A program made the position numbers and the translations under genes. This document shows, piece after piece, positions 44,626-53,870 of a stretch of DNA of 53,926 nucleotides (within the stretch, counting starts at the first letter, position 1; every line of letters starts with the position of its first letter). Source of the stretch: an uncultured Verrucomicrobiota bacterium. Its GTDB lineage: Bacteria > Verrucomicrobiota > Verrucomicrobiia > Limisphaerales > J093. The notes under the pieces are model-generated. The model ran no database searches and had not been told where the DNA came from. It was given only the letters and a program-made list of their open reading frames with translations. The stretch is from assembly GCA_964413865.1 (NCBI GenBank), contig CAYPUR010000003.1, positions 1 to 53,926 of the forward strand. The letters run 5' to 3'.

Positions 44626-45696
44626 TTACTTCTTCTCGGCCACGGCGCGGATGTAGTCGGGATCGAAGCGCAGGGCCACCGCGCCCGCTTCCGCGCGGCT
44701 GCCGTAGCCGATCTTCGGCGCCGTGGGGACAATCTCCTGTTTCGTGCAGAAATCGACCACGCGTTGGGTGACGGCCTTGAGTTCCGGGCCGGTGAAGAGG
44801 TCGAGAGCGGCCTTGGGCGTGGCATAGAAGCGCGTCTGCTGGACCACCTTTTTCATCGACGCCAGATCGAGGTGGCTGAATTTCTCGCCCAGGGCGATCA
44901 ACGTGTCGTCGCACGTGGCGGGATCGGCGAGGCGCTGATTGACCTGATAGAATGCGTCGACGACCGCGCACGCGAATTCCCTGCCGCCCGGTTTGTCGAG
45001 CGAGGCCTGGGCCATGACAACCGAATCGATGATTTCGTTGGGGATCGAGGTCGAGTCAAAAAGCACATGGACGTCCTTGCGTTTGTTGAGCGTCTCGAGA
45101 ACGAACGGGTTCCAGACGATGATCGCCTCGATCTCCCGCTGTTTTTGCTGGAGGGCGACCGCGGCGGCGCCGGGATCCATGTTGGTGAACTTGTAGTCCT
45201 CGGGGCGTTCGCCAAGGAGTTCGAGGTTGCGGTTGAAGCAGTACTCGGAAACGCTCTTGGCCAGGCCGAAGACCTTCCGGCCCCGCAGTTGCCTGATGTT
45301 CGCGATCGTCTTCGGAACGATCAGGGCATCCGCCCCGGCGCTGGTCGAGGTCGGCACAATCACGACGGACGGGCGTCCCAAGGCCGGATTCAACGCGTCG
45401 AGTGTCGTCATGCACACCGCGTCGCATTGGCCCGCGCCGTACATGGTCAGACACGGATCGTACTCGGCCTCCTTGAGGACAATGTCGACACCCCATTTGT
45501 CCTCGATCGGGCCGGTCTCTCCCTCGCGTCCATCGATGAGTTTGAACACGTGCGCGACGCCGAACGCGCTCCAGGACGGATACTCGCTCCAGGCGAGCGA
45601 GAAGGCGGGCGCGGGCAGGGCGGACGGGGCGCAGATCATGAGCGCCGCGCCAACAAGCCAGGCGGCGGGGGCGAGGGCGAATCGAGTGCTTTTCAT
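44626..45696 (-). CDS. ABC transporter periplasmic substrate-binding protein (NMT1/TauA-like)
   Basis: ATG at 45696 (MKSTRFALAPAAWLVGAALMICAPSALPA signal). It has a type II PBP-like pattern. The upstream part of the track ORF is R/P/S-rich and overlaps PspA. Confidence 0.75.
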   Translation of the reverse strand: MKSTRFALAPAAWLVGAALMICAPSALPAPAFSLAWSEYPSWSAFGVAHVFKLIDGREGETGPIEDKWGVDIVLKEAEYDPCLTMYGAGQCDAVCMTTLDALNPALGRPSVVIVPTSTSAGADALIVPKTIANIRQLRGRKVFGLAKSVSEYCFNRNLELLGERPEDYKFTNMDPGAAAVALQQKQREIEAIIVWNPFVLETLNKRKDVHVLFDSTSIPNEIIDSVVMAQASLDKPGGREFACAVVDAFYQVNQRLADPATCDDTLIALGEKFSHLDLASMKKVVQQTRFYATPKAALDLFTGPELKAVTQRVVDFCTKQEIVPTAPKIGYGSRAEAGAVALRFDPDYIRAVAEKK

Positions 45697-45736
45697 GGGA
45701 ATCGGGGCGGTTCGAGTGGGGGGGTGCATGCGAAGT

Positions 45737-46555
45737 TCATTCGGGCAGTGCCGAGGACTTTTCGGCGGCGGGTGGCGCGGCCTCTTTCTTCTCTTCGATG
45801 CCGAGCAGGGCGTCGAACTCGGTGCTGGCGGTGGTCCGGCGGGCGTAATCGAGGAACTCGGCCTCCTGCGCCTTGACGTCGGTGCCGGCCATCTCCTTCG
45901 AGACGCGGGCCTCGGCCCGGATCTCCTGGCGCATCTGGCGCAAGCGCTGCAGTTCCTCGGCCGAGCCGTCCTTGGCGATGCCGGCGAAGGTGTCGGCCAG
46001 GTCGCGCTCCTGCTTGGCGGTGATGATGTCGGCCACGGCGTCCGAGGCCTCGGCTTTGACCTTCTCGACATCCCGCAGGAGTTGCTGCAACTGAACCTTA
46101 TGCTCGCCGATGGTCTTGCGGTATCCTTCGACGTCGCGCTCGTTCTCAGCGATGCGCTCCTGCTTTTCAGCGAGGGTCGACGAGAAGTCGTTGTAGGCGG
46201 CGAGACATTTCTTGTAGTCCTCGTCGATATGGATCGCCTCCTTGGATTTGCCCGACGCCTGGAGGCGCTCGACAGTCTGCTTGGCCTTGGCGAGCGCGCC
46301 GGCCTTGAGCCGTTCGAGTTGCTGGACATCCTCGCTGAGGCGCTTCACGGTGGCGATCTTGGTCTCCTGCTGTGCGATGAGGCCCGCCACCGCCTGTTTG
46401 TAGATCTGGATCTGGGAGATCTTCTCCCGGACAATCTGGTCGTACTTGGCCCGCACGACATGCGGATTGGCATCGATGACGCGACGGGCGGAGTCCATCT
46501 GCCCGGTCAACAAGTAACCGAGGGCTTTGAACCAGCGGACAAGAGCGCCGAACAT
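45737..46555 (-). CDS. PspA/IM30 (ESCRT-III-like) family protein
   Basis: N-terminal amphipathic helix MFGALVRWFKALGYLL followed by a continuous coiled coil of PspA length and layout. Confidence 0.75.
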   Translation of the reverse strand: MFGALVRWFKALGYLLTGQMDSARRVIDANPHVVRAKYDQIVREKISQIQIYKQAVAGLIAQQETKIATVKRLSEDVQQLERLKAGALAKAKQTVERLQASGKSKEAIHIDEDYKKCLAAYNDFSSTLAEKQERIAENERDVEGYRKTIGEHKVQLQQLLRDVEKVKAEASDAVADIITAKQERDLADTFAGIAKDGSAEELQRLRQMRQEIRAEARVSKEMAGTDVKAQEAEFLDYARRTTASTEFDALLGIEEKKEAAPPAAEKSSALPE

Positions 46556-46559
46556 AGAC

Positions 46560-47339
46560 TTATCCTTTCGTTTCCGAGGTGGGGACCGCCATCGCGTGGC
46601 GGCTGCCGATTGGGGTTTCGTTTAACAGAGAAGCAACCTGTTCTTCAACCGTCTTCGCGACGGCGAGGCTCTGATCGAGCTCTTCGCGCAGCCTGGCCAA
46701 CTCGCGCGACGATCCCTGGCCGGTGCCGAGGTTTTGCACCCCGACGAGCGTGTCGCTCAGTTGTTTCACGGTGGCCTGGATGTCCGCAATCAGCCGCTCA
46801 CGCTGGTCGAGCAGAGGCTGCCGGGCGGCTGTGGAATTCAACTGCCGGGCGGTCTGCCACAGCTTGCCGGTCTGGGCAACGGCCTCGACACCCTGGCGGA
46901 AGACCTCCTGGACCCGCGCCCTGAGGTCGACGATAAGCGGGAGATGGGCGGAACTGGCGGCGGCCTCGGCTTCGTCGAACGCGCGCAACAAAGACCGGAG
47001 ATCCCGCAGCGCGGTCTCGGGCCGGGGATCCTTGTCCGCTTCGGCCAACTGGCGGTCCAGGTCGTCCAGGGCGCGCTGGGCCGCCTGGCCCTCCTCGATC
47101 AGGACTTCATCGGTCACTTGACGCGCCAGGCGCTCGCCGCGAAGCGTCAACTGCGTCACAAACGACCCGGCCGCGATCAGCACGCCGGCCAGGCCGGCGA
47201 ACAGGGCAAAGCCGGCTCTCCAGCCGAAGGACCACGCCGCCGTGAGCGCCGTCATCCCGGCGATGAACGGGCCGATGACCAGCGGATGACCGGCCAGGCG
47301 CAGGACGATGCGGTTTCGGATTTTTTGAGCGTCAGGCAT
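46560..47339 (-). CDS. Two-TM coiled-coil membrane protein
   Basis: ATG at 47339. TM helices are VIGPFIAGMTALTAAWSF and FALFAGLAGVLIAAGSFV, followed by a long helical region. It ends 4 nt before the PspA start. Confidence 0.55.
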   Translation of the reverse strand: MPDAQKIRNRIVLRLAGHPLVIGPFIAGMTALTAAWSFGWRAGFALFAGLAGVLIAAGSFVTQLTLRGERLARQVTDEVLIEEGQAAQRALDDLDRQLAEADKDPRPETALRDLRSLLRAFDEAEAAASSAHLPLIVDLRARVQEVFRQGVEAVAQTGKLWQTARQLNSTAARQPLLDQRERLIADIQATVKQLSDTLVGVQNLGTGQGSSRELARLREELDQSLAVAKTVEEQVASLLNETPIGSRHAMAVPTSETKG

Positions 47340-47485
47340 CCCGAAATTGAACTTGATCAGTGCCAAATATGCATCGGGTTCAAGTCCGTGGACAGTCTTT
47401 TTGCCACGGCGTCGAGCCGTGCCGCGCCCGCGGGGCGCGCCGGCCTGCACCCACGGACAGCAGGTGACGCTGATGTCAGGCTGCA

Positions 47486-49066
47486 TTAGTAGGGCAACTG
47501 GCCAACAACGAAGAGCACGGTCTGACCTTCGCCGCCGGCCACAGTGCTCGGGTCGGCCTGAGTGCGCAGGCGATCGGGATTGATCCCATGGGCGCGCAGG
47601 GCCTGGGCGACGGCCTCGGCTCGGGCCTGGGCGAGCCGCCTGTTGGCCTCGGCGTCGCCCTCGGCTCGAGTCTGTCCAATAATGCGGACATAGAACTCGG
47701 GGAACGATTCGAGCCGGCGGGCGAGGGCCTGCAGATCCCGCTCGCTCGCCTGACTGACGGTCGCGGAGCCGCGCGCGAAAACCACAGGCTCGGCCCGCAG
47801 CTCGCCCACAGGCTGCAACTGGCTCCATTGCTCAGGGCTCAGCGCCCGGATCGCCTGGTCGGACCGCACCTGCTCGTCGGCGGCCGCGCTGGGCCCAAGT
47901 CCGGGGATGACGTCCGCACCTTTGGCTGGATGGAACTGTTCGCGCTGCATGGTGGCGAGGATCTGATCGAAATACAGGGTGCTGTACTTGCCCCCCAGCG
48001 GATCGCTGGCCAGGGCACGGGTCTTGAGCAACACATCCATCACCCGCCCGATGATGTCTTCGAGGGAGTCGACGCCCGATCGGGACGGGGCCTGCGTCAG
48101 GCCGAAGTGCATGTAATTCTCGAGGGTGCTCTTCCACTGAATGCCCTGGACCACCCGCCTGGCCTGGGCCTCATCGAGGCTCTCGGCGCCTGTCTGGCGG
48201 GCATCCTCGCGGACCAGCCGCGGCAGGCCGTCGGGTTCCTGGCTGTACGCATAGGCGGCCCGGCAGTAGGCCTCGACGAAGGCCTTGACCCGGTCGGGTT
48301 GATCGCGCAGGAACTGCCGCTGGGCAACCAGCACATCGACGATGTATCCCTTGAGTTTCGAGCTATCGAGCAGGACGTGCACGCCGGGCTCCGCCAGCGC
48401 CTTGGTCACGTACGGCTCCCAGAGGGCGAAGGCCCTCTTCTCGCCGGGCTTGGCCGCGCGCAACTGGCTGTACACGGCCGGCGGGCCATCCGCCTCGATC
48501 CACCAGCGTTCGGGGAGTTGGGGCAGATTGAAGTGGGCCACGACCACGCGCGCGAGGAATTCGCTGGGCGAGTTGGGCGTGAGCACAATCCGGGCTTCGG
48601 GCGAGTTCAGATCCTGGAGGCTCTGCACCGAGCCGGCGCCCGCCACCAGGGCGTCGCTCCCCTTGGTCTCGTCCAAAACCAGCACGATCGTGCCCGGAAA
48701 ATCCCCGAGACGCGCGCCGGCGACCAGAAGCGAATCGATCGTGAAGGCGGCGAGATGGGCTTTGCCGTCCTGCAGCGCCTTGAGGCGGGCGGAGAAGTCG
48801 CCTCGGTCCTCGCGCACCGTGTAGCGGATCTGGCGCGCCTTGAGCTGCTGCTTGAGCGCTTCCGAGCGCAGGAGGGCATAGCCGCTGAACGCGTCGGCGG
48901 CGACAACCAACTCCTCGCGGTATTGGCTGCTCGATCCGGTGTCGCCGTGCAGTTTCTCCCGCAGGTACGGGTGCACCAGGTATCGGTATGCCACGCCCAA
49001 GACGGCGAGAATCAGACACCATACCACCGCGGCAATCAGACATCCCCTGGCGCGCTTTTCGCTCAT
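47486..49066 (-). CDS. TM-anchored substrate-binding-domain / OmpA-like C-terminal fusion protein
   Basis: N-terminal TM helix, a PBP-like middle region, and the C-terminal segment FARGSATVS ... RIIGQTRAEGDAEANRRLAQARAEAVAQAL (OmpA-like). ATG 49066 is 2 nt after the VWA stop; TTG 49072 is the alternative. Confidence 0.7.
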   Translation of the reverse strand: MSEKRARGCLIAAVVWCLILAVLGVAYRYLVHPYLREKLHGDTGSSSQYREELVVAADAFSGYALLRSEALKQQLKARQIRYTVREDRGDFSARLKALQDGKAHLAAFTIDSLLVAGARLGDFPGTIVLVLDETKGSDALVAGAGSVQSLQDLNSPEARIVLTPNSPSEFLARVVVAHFNLPQLPERWWIEADGPPAVYSQLRAAKPGEKRAFALWEPYVTKALAEPGVHVLLDSSKLKGYIVDVLVAQRQFLRDQPDRVKAFVEAYCRAAYAYSQEPDGLPRLVREDARQTGAESLDEAQARRVVQGIQWKSTLENYMHFGLTQAPSRSGVDSLEDIIGRVMDVLLKTRALASDPLGGKYSTLYFDQILATMQREQFHPAKGADVIPGLGPSAAADEQVRSDQAIRALSPEQWSQLQPVGELRAEPVVFARGSATVSQASERDLQALARRLESFPEFYVRIIGQTRAEGDAEANRRLAQARAEAVAQALRAHGINPDRLRTQADPSTVAGGEGQTVLFVVGQLPY

Positions 49067-49068
49067 GG

Positions 49069-50046
49069 TCAACGGCCCTTGAACAGACGGCGGATAACGA
49101 CGAAAACGAACGCGGCCACGAAAGCGAGAATGATCAGCCAGGATGGGCCGTCAGAATGGCCCCCACGAGGCGGCCGGCTCGGCCCGGGCGGCGCAGCCGG
49201 CGCGGGGGCAGCGGGTGGCGCCGGCGCGCTTGCGGCCGGCTGAAGGTCCTCGGCGGGCCGCGTGGACTCCGGTTGCGCGGTTTGGCGCGGTTTTTCCCCG
49301 ATCGGATGGTTCCCGGAAGCCGAGAGGGCCTGCAAGGCCGCGGCGGCCACCTCGGGCGGCAGGGACGCCAACTCGACGAAGGCGTCGGCCTGGGCGGTGT
49401 CGGTGCGCGGCCGGCTCACCTCGGCCAGGACTTCCGCCACCGCCCGTTCGAGCGAAGCGGCGTCGTTGGCGCGGCGATAGGAGTGGGCTCTGCGGGCCAG
49501 GGTGTGGTCCTGCCGCATCGCCACACCGATCACATCCATCGTGATGCCGCGCGCGAGCACCTCCGGCGCATACCGGTCCACCAGGTTCTGGTCCTGCGCC
49601 TCGCCGTCGGTGACGACGAGGAGACGGTAGGTGCCGTACCCGAACTGCGCGGCCCGCTCCTGCAAGAGGCGGTCTGCTCCTTGCTTGATATGGCGCCCCA
49701 GCGGCGTGTTCCCGTACGGCTCGAGCCGGTCAATGGCGGACGTCAACTCGTCGTCGTTGCGCGGCCCCAGCCGGTAGACCCACGGATCCCGGACGTCGCG
49801 GGCGCTGAAGACGAGCAGACCGATGTGTGTGGTGGGTGGGATCTGGCGCAAGACGGTCTTGAGCGCCGTCTTGGCCGCGGCCATCTTGCTCCCGTCTCCC
49901 CCCGGCATTCGGTCCTTCATCGATCCGGACGCATCCAGGACAATGACCACGCTGTCGTGGGAGTCCTGAGCGCAGAGACGCGCCGTGCCCGGGCTCAAGG
50001 CGGCGAGGACCAGGATCGACAACCAACCCCAGGGCGTTTGGCTCAT
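49069..50046 (-). CDS. Secreted VWA-domain protein with a Pro/Ala linker and C-terminal TM anchor
   Basis: Signal peptide, MIDAS motif VVIVLDASGSM, and C-terminal helix WLIILAFVAAFVFVVI. Confidence 0.8.
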   Translation of the reverse strand: MSQTPWGWLSILVLAALSPGTARLCAQDSHDSVVIVLDASGSMKDRMPGGDGSKMAAAKTALKTVLRQIPPTTHIGLLVFSARDVRDPWVYRLGPRNDDELTSAIDRLEPYGNTPLGRHIKQGADRLLQERAAQFGYGTYRLLVVTDGEAQDQNLVDRYAPEVLARGITMDVIGVAMRQDHTLARRAHSYRRANDAASLERAVAEVLAEVSRPRTDTAQADAFVELASLPPEVAAAALQALSASGNHPIGEKPRQTAQPESTRPAEDLQPAASAPAPPAAPAPAAPPGPSRPPRGGHSDGPSWLIILAFVAAFVFVVIRRLFKGR

Positions 50047-50096
50047 AGAAAACTCCGGTGTGAATGCGGACTGGTTCTTGTCTGAGGCGCGCCTCC

Positions 50097-51944
50097 CTAG
50101 AAGTCGAAGTCCGACTGCGTGGTGGCCTCGGCGGCGACGCGGACGATGCGGAACTCGACCCGCATGTTCTTCTTGGCCTCGTCCATGTTCGAGGGCTTGG
50201 CGACGAACGGCTCGCGGATGCCGACGCCAACGGGCTGGATCTGCGTCTTGTCAATCGTGAGGCCCTTGCTCTTGGCGTACTCGACAATCGAGTCGAGCAC
50301 CGCCTCGGCCCGACTGCGGGACAGGTTCAAGGCCGCCTGCATGGTTTCACGCGGATTGCTGTCGGGCACGCCGTCGAAGGCGCCGCTCTCGATGAGCCGC
50401 GTCAGCTCGGCGGTGCTGCCCAGATCGAGCGCTTTCCCGTTGAGGGAATAGGAGTAGTTGCCCTGGCTGCCGACCCGCTTGAGCACGCCCCGCGCCAGGC
50501 CCGCTTTCACCAGGTCCAGCAGCGTCTTGGTCGGGTCGGCATGGCCGCGAACCGCCACGACTGCATTGCCGAAACGCGCCGCCGTTTCGACGACCCGCTG
50601 GAACTCGGCGCCGTACTGCACGGCACTGAACTCCGTCTGGTTCGGCTCGAAGTTGATCGTGAAGGAGAGGATCGTGCGTTCGTCCAGGGCGCCCCCGGCG
50701 CTCAGTTGCTCGATCTCGCTTCGCACCGCCTCGGCGCGGAACCGCTCGCCGCGCTCGATCTGCGTCTTGCTCAGGTAGCTCAGGAACAACGGCGACTTGT
50801 AATCGAGCCCCGAGGGGAAGAGCCCCATGCGCTCGCGCGCATAGCCCCGGCTGACCGCCAGGTCGAGAGCTGACTTCTGGAAGGCCTCGAATCCGGTGAG
50901 GTTGCCTTGCTCGAGGAAGAACGCCACGTTGCCGGGATAGCCGACGAACGTGCAGTCCGCCACCAATCCGTGGGCGTCATCGAGCACGGGAATGGTCTTC
51001 TGCCCGTAGATGTTCTGCGTGATCTGGAGCAGGGCCTTGTAGGGCGCGGATCCGGAGGTCTCGTACTGCTTCTTCAGATCGAGAACCTCCTCGCATGCCT
51101 TGAGATAGCCGGCGACAAACTTGCTGACCAGTTCCTTGTTCGCGTCGTAAAAGTCCTTCCGACACACATAGACGTCCGCGATCGAGCGCGAAAGCTGGGC
51201 GGTCGAGACCAGCACACGCGCCCCCTTCACCGTCGTTTCCGCGCCGGTGCCCACGCTTGTGAGGCCCCCGCAGAGGCCCACCATGTCGGGGGTGATCGCG
51301 AAACAGGCGTCAATGTCGTTGCGCTTGCGAAACAGCTCGGGCGGCGAGTCCGGCGAGGCGGACAGGTCCTTGGCCCAAATCACCCGGATATCGTTCCAGG
51401 TCAGTTGGGCAGATTTCAGGACGTCGTCGAGCATGCCGACGTGCGGGCCGCACTGCTGGAGGGCGACGGTCTTGCCTTTCAAGTCGCCGAGGGTCCGCAA
51501 CGCCTCGCGCGCCACCAGGTGATCCCCGGCGGACCACGTCATCTGGAGAATGACCACGCCCTTGGTGCGGGGATCGGAGCCGATGACTTCCGACGCCAAT
51601 CCCACCATGTGAAACGTCCCGCGCAGAAACGGTGTCTTGCCCGCCCGATAGTCCCGCACCTGCTGGACGAAATCGTCCGCCGGGGCCAGGCGCAGGTTGA
51701 GCCCCTGCTTCTGAAAGATCGTGCCGGGCTGCGTCGTGAGCCCTCCGTTGGCGTGGAATGTGGCAACGTCGCCTCCCCAGGTAATCACGGGAACCTGCAG
51801 CGGGGCCGTTTGAGTCACCGCACCCACGGGTCCCGGCCCGACAAGATCGGCGAAGCGTGTTTCCTGGGCCGCCAGCGGCCAGAGAGCCATAATCATGGCG
51901 ACGGCCGAGATGCGGAAGAAGTGAGGCCAGCATTGCGTTTTCAT
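50097..51944 (-). CDS. Secreted substrate-binding-domain / OmpA-like C-terminal fusion protein
   Basis: ATG at 51944 (MKTQCWPHFFRISAVAMIMALWPLAA). It has a PBP-like N-terminal region. The C-terminus is AVRGHADPT ... LNLSRSRAEAVLDSI ... NMRVEFRIV. The track's extra 224 aa upstream overlap the opposite-strand lipoprotein gene. Confidence 0.7.
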   Translation of the reverse strand: MKTQCWPHFFRISAVAMIMALWPLAAQETRFADLVGPGPVGAVTQTAPLQVPVITWGGDVATFHANGGLTTQPGTIFQKQGLNLRLAPADDFVQQVRDYRAGKTPFLRGTFHMVGLASEVIGSDPRTKGVVILQMTWSAGDHLVAREALRTLGDLKGKTVALQQCGPHVGMLDDVLKSAQLTWNDIRVIWAKDLSASPDSPPELFRKRNDIDACFAITPDMVGLCGGLTSVGTGAETTVKGARVLVSTAQLSRSIADVYVCRKDFYDANKELVSKFVAGYLKACEEVLDLKKQYETSGSAPYKALLQITQNIYGQKTIPVLDDAHGLVADCTFVGYPGNVAFFLEQGNLTGFEAFQKSALDLAVSRGYARERMGLFPSGLDYKSPLFLSYLSKTQIERGERFRAEAVRSEIEQLSAGGALDERTILSFTINFEPNQTEFSAVQYGAEFQRVVETAARFGNAVVAVRGHADPTKTLLDLVKAGLARGVLKRVGSQGNYSYSLNGKALDLGSTAELTRLIESGAFDGVPDSNPRETMQAALNLSRSRAEAVLDSIVEYAKSKGLTIDKTQIQPVGVGIREPFVAKPSNMDEAKKNMRVEFRIVRVAAEATTQSDFDF

Positions 51945-52217
51945 GACAATCCTTTTGCGTTCGCGTCCTGTATCTCTCATCGCCGCGCACGGTTCCGTCA
52001 GCCGCGCGCGAAACATCCGTCTCTTCGACCACAAGCCTCCCCCCTCACGGGCCGGAAGCGCGGCGCCACAACTTTGAGCGGATGAAATCGGGAGAGTGGT
52101 AACCGGTTTCAACCGCGGGGGCGAGTATAGTTCGTGAGGGGCTTTATAACGCCGGGCCGCGGGTCCGCAAATGCAAAAGGCTTGACGGTCCGGCCCGATG
52201 TGATTGCATTCTGGCAC

Positions 52218-52604
52218 ATGAAGACGAACCTTTCGGCCCTGATCGCCGGTTTGTGCCTGATCGCCCTGACGGTCGGTTGTTATCACTCGGTGGACGGCCG
52301 CACACGGGCCGGCAAGCCGTTTGTGAAAGACCGGATCGAGAGCCGCTACGAGCGCCCGCTTGACCAGATCTTCGAAGCGGCCCGGGAGGTGCTGGCATTC
52401 AACGGCACCCTCACCGGCGAGAACAGGATCTCGAACAGCCTCGAAGCCAGAGTCGACAACAACAAGGTCTGGGTGAAGCTCGACGAAGTCGAACCCAACA
52501 TCTGCCGCGTCATGGTCCAGGCGCGCAAGAGCGGTGGAGGCGGCAATGTCGCCCTGGCCAGCGAGATCGACAAGCAGATCGCCCTGCAGCTCCAGGCACG
52601 GTAG
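52218..52604 (+). CDS. Small lipoprotein (DUF3568-like)
   Basis: ATG at 52218, lipobox LTVGC, 128 aa. The ending VMVQARKSGGGGNVALASEIDKQI resembles DUF3568 as I recall it. Confidence 0.6.
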   Translation: MKTNLSALIAGLCLIALTVGCYHSVDGRTRAGKPFVKDRIESRYERPLDQIFEAAREVLAFNGTLTGENRISNSLEARVDNNKVWVKLDEVEPNICRVMVQARKSGGGGNVALASEIDKQIALQLQAR

Positions 52605-52625
52605 AGGCGCGGGCATTGGTTCTCG

Positions 52626-53870
52626 TCACGCCGACGGGGGTGGAGTCTGCCGCGGGGGCGGGCCTCCCATCTTCAGCCCCAGCCGTTTTTCATACGAGCC
52701 GAGCGCAACCGCTCGGCTCTCTTTCTTTGCACGCAGTTCGAGGCCGATCGTGGCCATCCGCCGCCGCGCCGCCTCCGCCGCCGCGCTCTCGGGTGAGCGC
52801 TCGATGATCCGCTCGAGCGTCTGCCGGGCCAGGGCGACATCGCCCCCTTCACGGGCCTGCAACTCCGCCAGCAGGTTGAGCCAGCGGGTGACCTGCGCCT
52901 CCGGCGCGCACGGCTGGGCGACCAACTGTTCGAGTTGCTCGGCGGCCAAATCGAGCCGCCCGAAATCGCACGCATAGACCACCGCCAGCTCCTCGCGCGC
53001 CTGGCTATCGAGCGGGAATCGCTCCAACTGCCGCACCAGGACCTCCGCCCGCCCGGCCGGATCGGGCGCCGGCGGTTTGAGTCCCTCGAAGTCCGGGCGC
53101 AACCCGAGGCGCTCCTCATGCCGGGTGAGTCTCAGCGGTTTGCGCTCGGCGGTGCCGGCCAGGAACTCCGCCGAGGCCAGGTGCGCCAGCCGCTGGTGCG
53201 CATGGTAGGCCTCCGGAGAGTCGGGAAAAAGACCGACAATCCGCTGGAACGTCTCACGGGCCGCAACCGGATCTTTCAGATACTTGAGCTGCCAGTCCGC
53301 CAGCCGCGTGAAGGCATAGGCCACGTTCTTAGAGGCATGCACCGGCTGGCTGGCAATCCGCTCGATGGTCTCCGTCGCAGCCGGGAGGTCATGGAGATTG
53401 TCCGCCTGGATTTCGGCCAGCATCATCAGGCCGCGGAAATGCGTCGGGAACACTTCGAGTTGTTTCTCGAGCTCCGCCACCGCCTCGATGTACCGTCCGG
53501 TCTTCTGGCGCGCCTCGGCGATCGAAAAGAACGGCTCCGGATCGGGCGGCACATCGCCGCCGTCATAGAGCTGGCCGAATTTGCGCCCGACCGACCCCGC
53601 AAGATGCGGGGCCCAGATAATGGCCAGGATGAGACCGCCCACGGCGGCCATCGGGATCCCGACGAAGGCCGCGCCGTAATCGAAGCGTCCCACAATCGGC
53701 CCGACCACCAGCCCCAAGAACAGAAGGTCGGCCAGCGTCAGCAGCCAGCGCTTGAGGAGGCCGGGGCGGTCGTCGCTCTTCTTCCACCAGGCGGTCAGCA
53801 GCCAGACCGCCAGGGCCGCCCCGCCCAGCGCCCCCACGATCCGCCCTGCGATGGCCCAGAAATCAGTCAT
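52626..53870 (-). CDS. Membrane-anchored TPR-like repeat protein
   Basis: ATG at 53870. Three or four N-terminal TM helices are followed by helical-repeat segments (e.g. GRYIEAVAELEKQLEVFPTH). Confidence 0.65.
   Translation of the reverse strand: MTDFWAIAGRIVGALGGAALAVWLLTAWWKKSDDRPGLLKRWLLTLADLLFLGLVVGPIVGRFDYGAAFVGIPMAAVGGLILAIIWAPHLAGSVGRKFGQLYDGGDVPPDPEPFFSIAEARQKTGRYIEAVAELEKQLEVFPTHFRGLMMLAEIQADNLHDLPAATETIERIASQPVHASKNVAYAFTRLADWQLKYLKDPVAARETFQRIVGLFPDSPEAYHAHQRLAHLASAEFLAGTAERKPLRLTRHEERLGLRPDFEGLKPPAPDPAGRAEVLVRQLERFPLDSQAREELAVVYACDFGRLDLAAEQLEQLVAQPCAPEAQVTRWLNLLAELQAREGGDVALARQTLERIIERSPESAAAEAARRRMATIGLELRAKKESRAVALGSYEKRLGLKMGGPPPRQTPPPSA

Noticed and set aside
43420-46924. 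Two long plus-strand ORFs (43420-45876, 818 aa; 45227-46924, 565 aa)
   Set aside because: They are antisense to the ABC ATPase, permease, SBP and PspA genes and have low-complexity G/R/A/D/E composition.
47588-49243. A 551-aa plus-strand ORF
   Set aside because: It is antisense to the SBP-OmpA fusion gene and has shadow composition.
52183-52217. A sigma70-like promoter (TTGACG - 17 nt - TGCATT) just upstream of the DUF3568-like lipoprotein gene
   Set aside because: The -10 match is poor and it would leave almost no 5' UTR. It is not distinguishable from chance in this context.
51945-52616. The upstream 224 codons of track ORF 50097-52616
   Set aside because: This part is R/A/G/D-rich and overlaps the opposite-strand lipoprotein gene. 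A clean signal peptide begins at ATG 51944. The same logic was used to trim ORFs 44626-46329, 46560-47828, 21977-23563 and 22792-24591.
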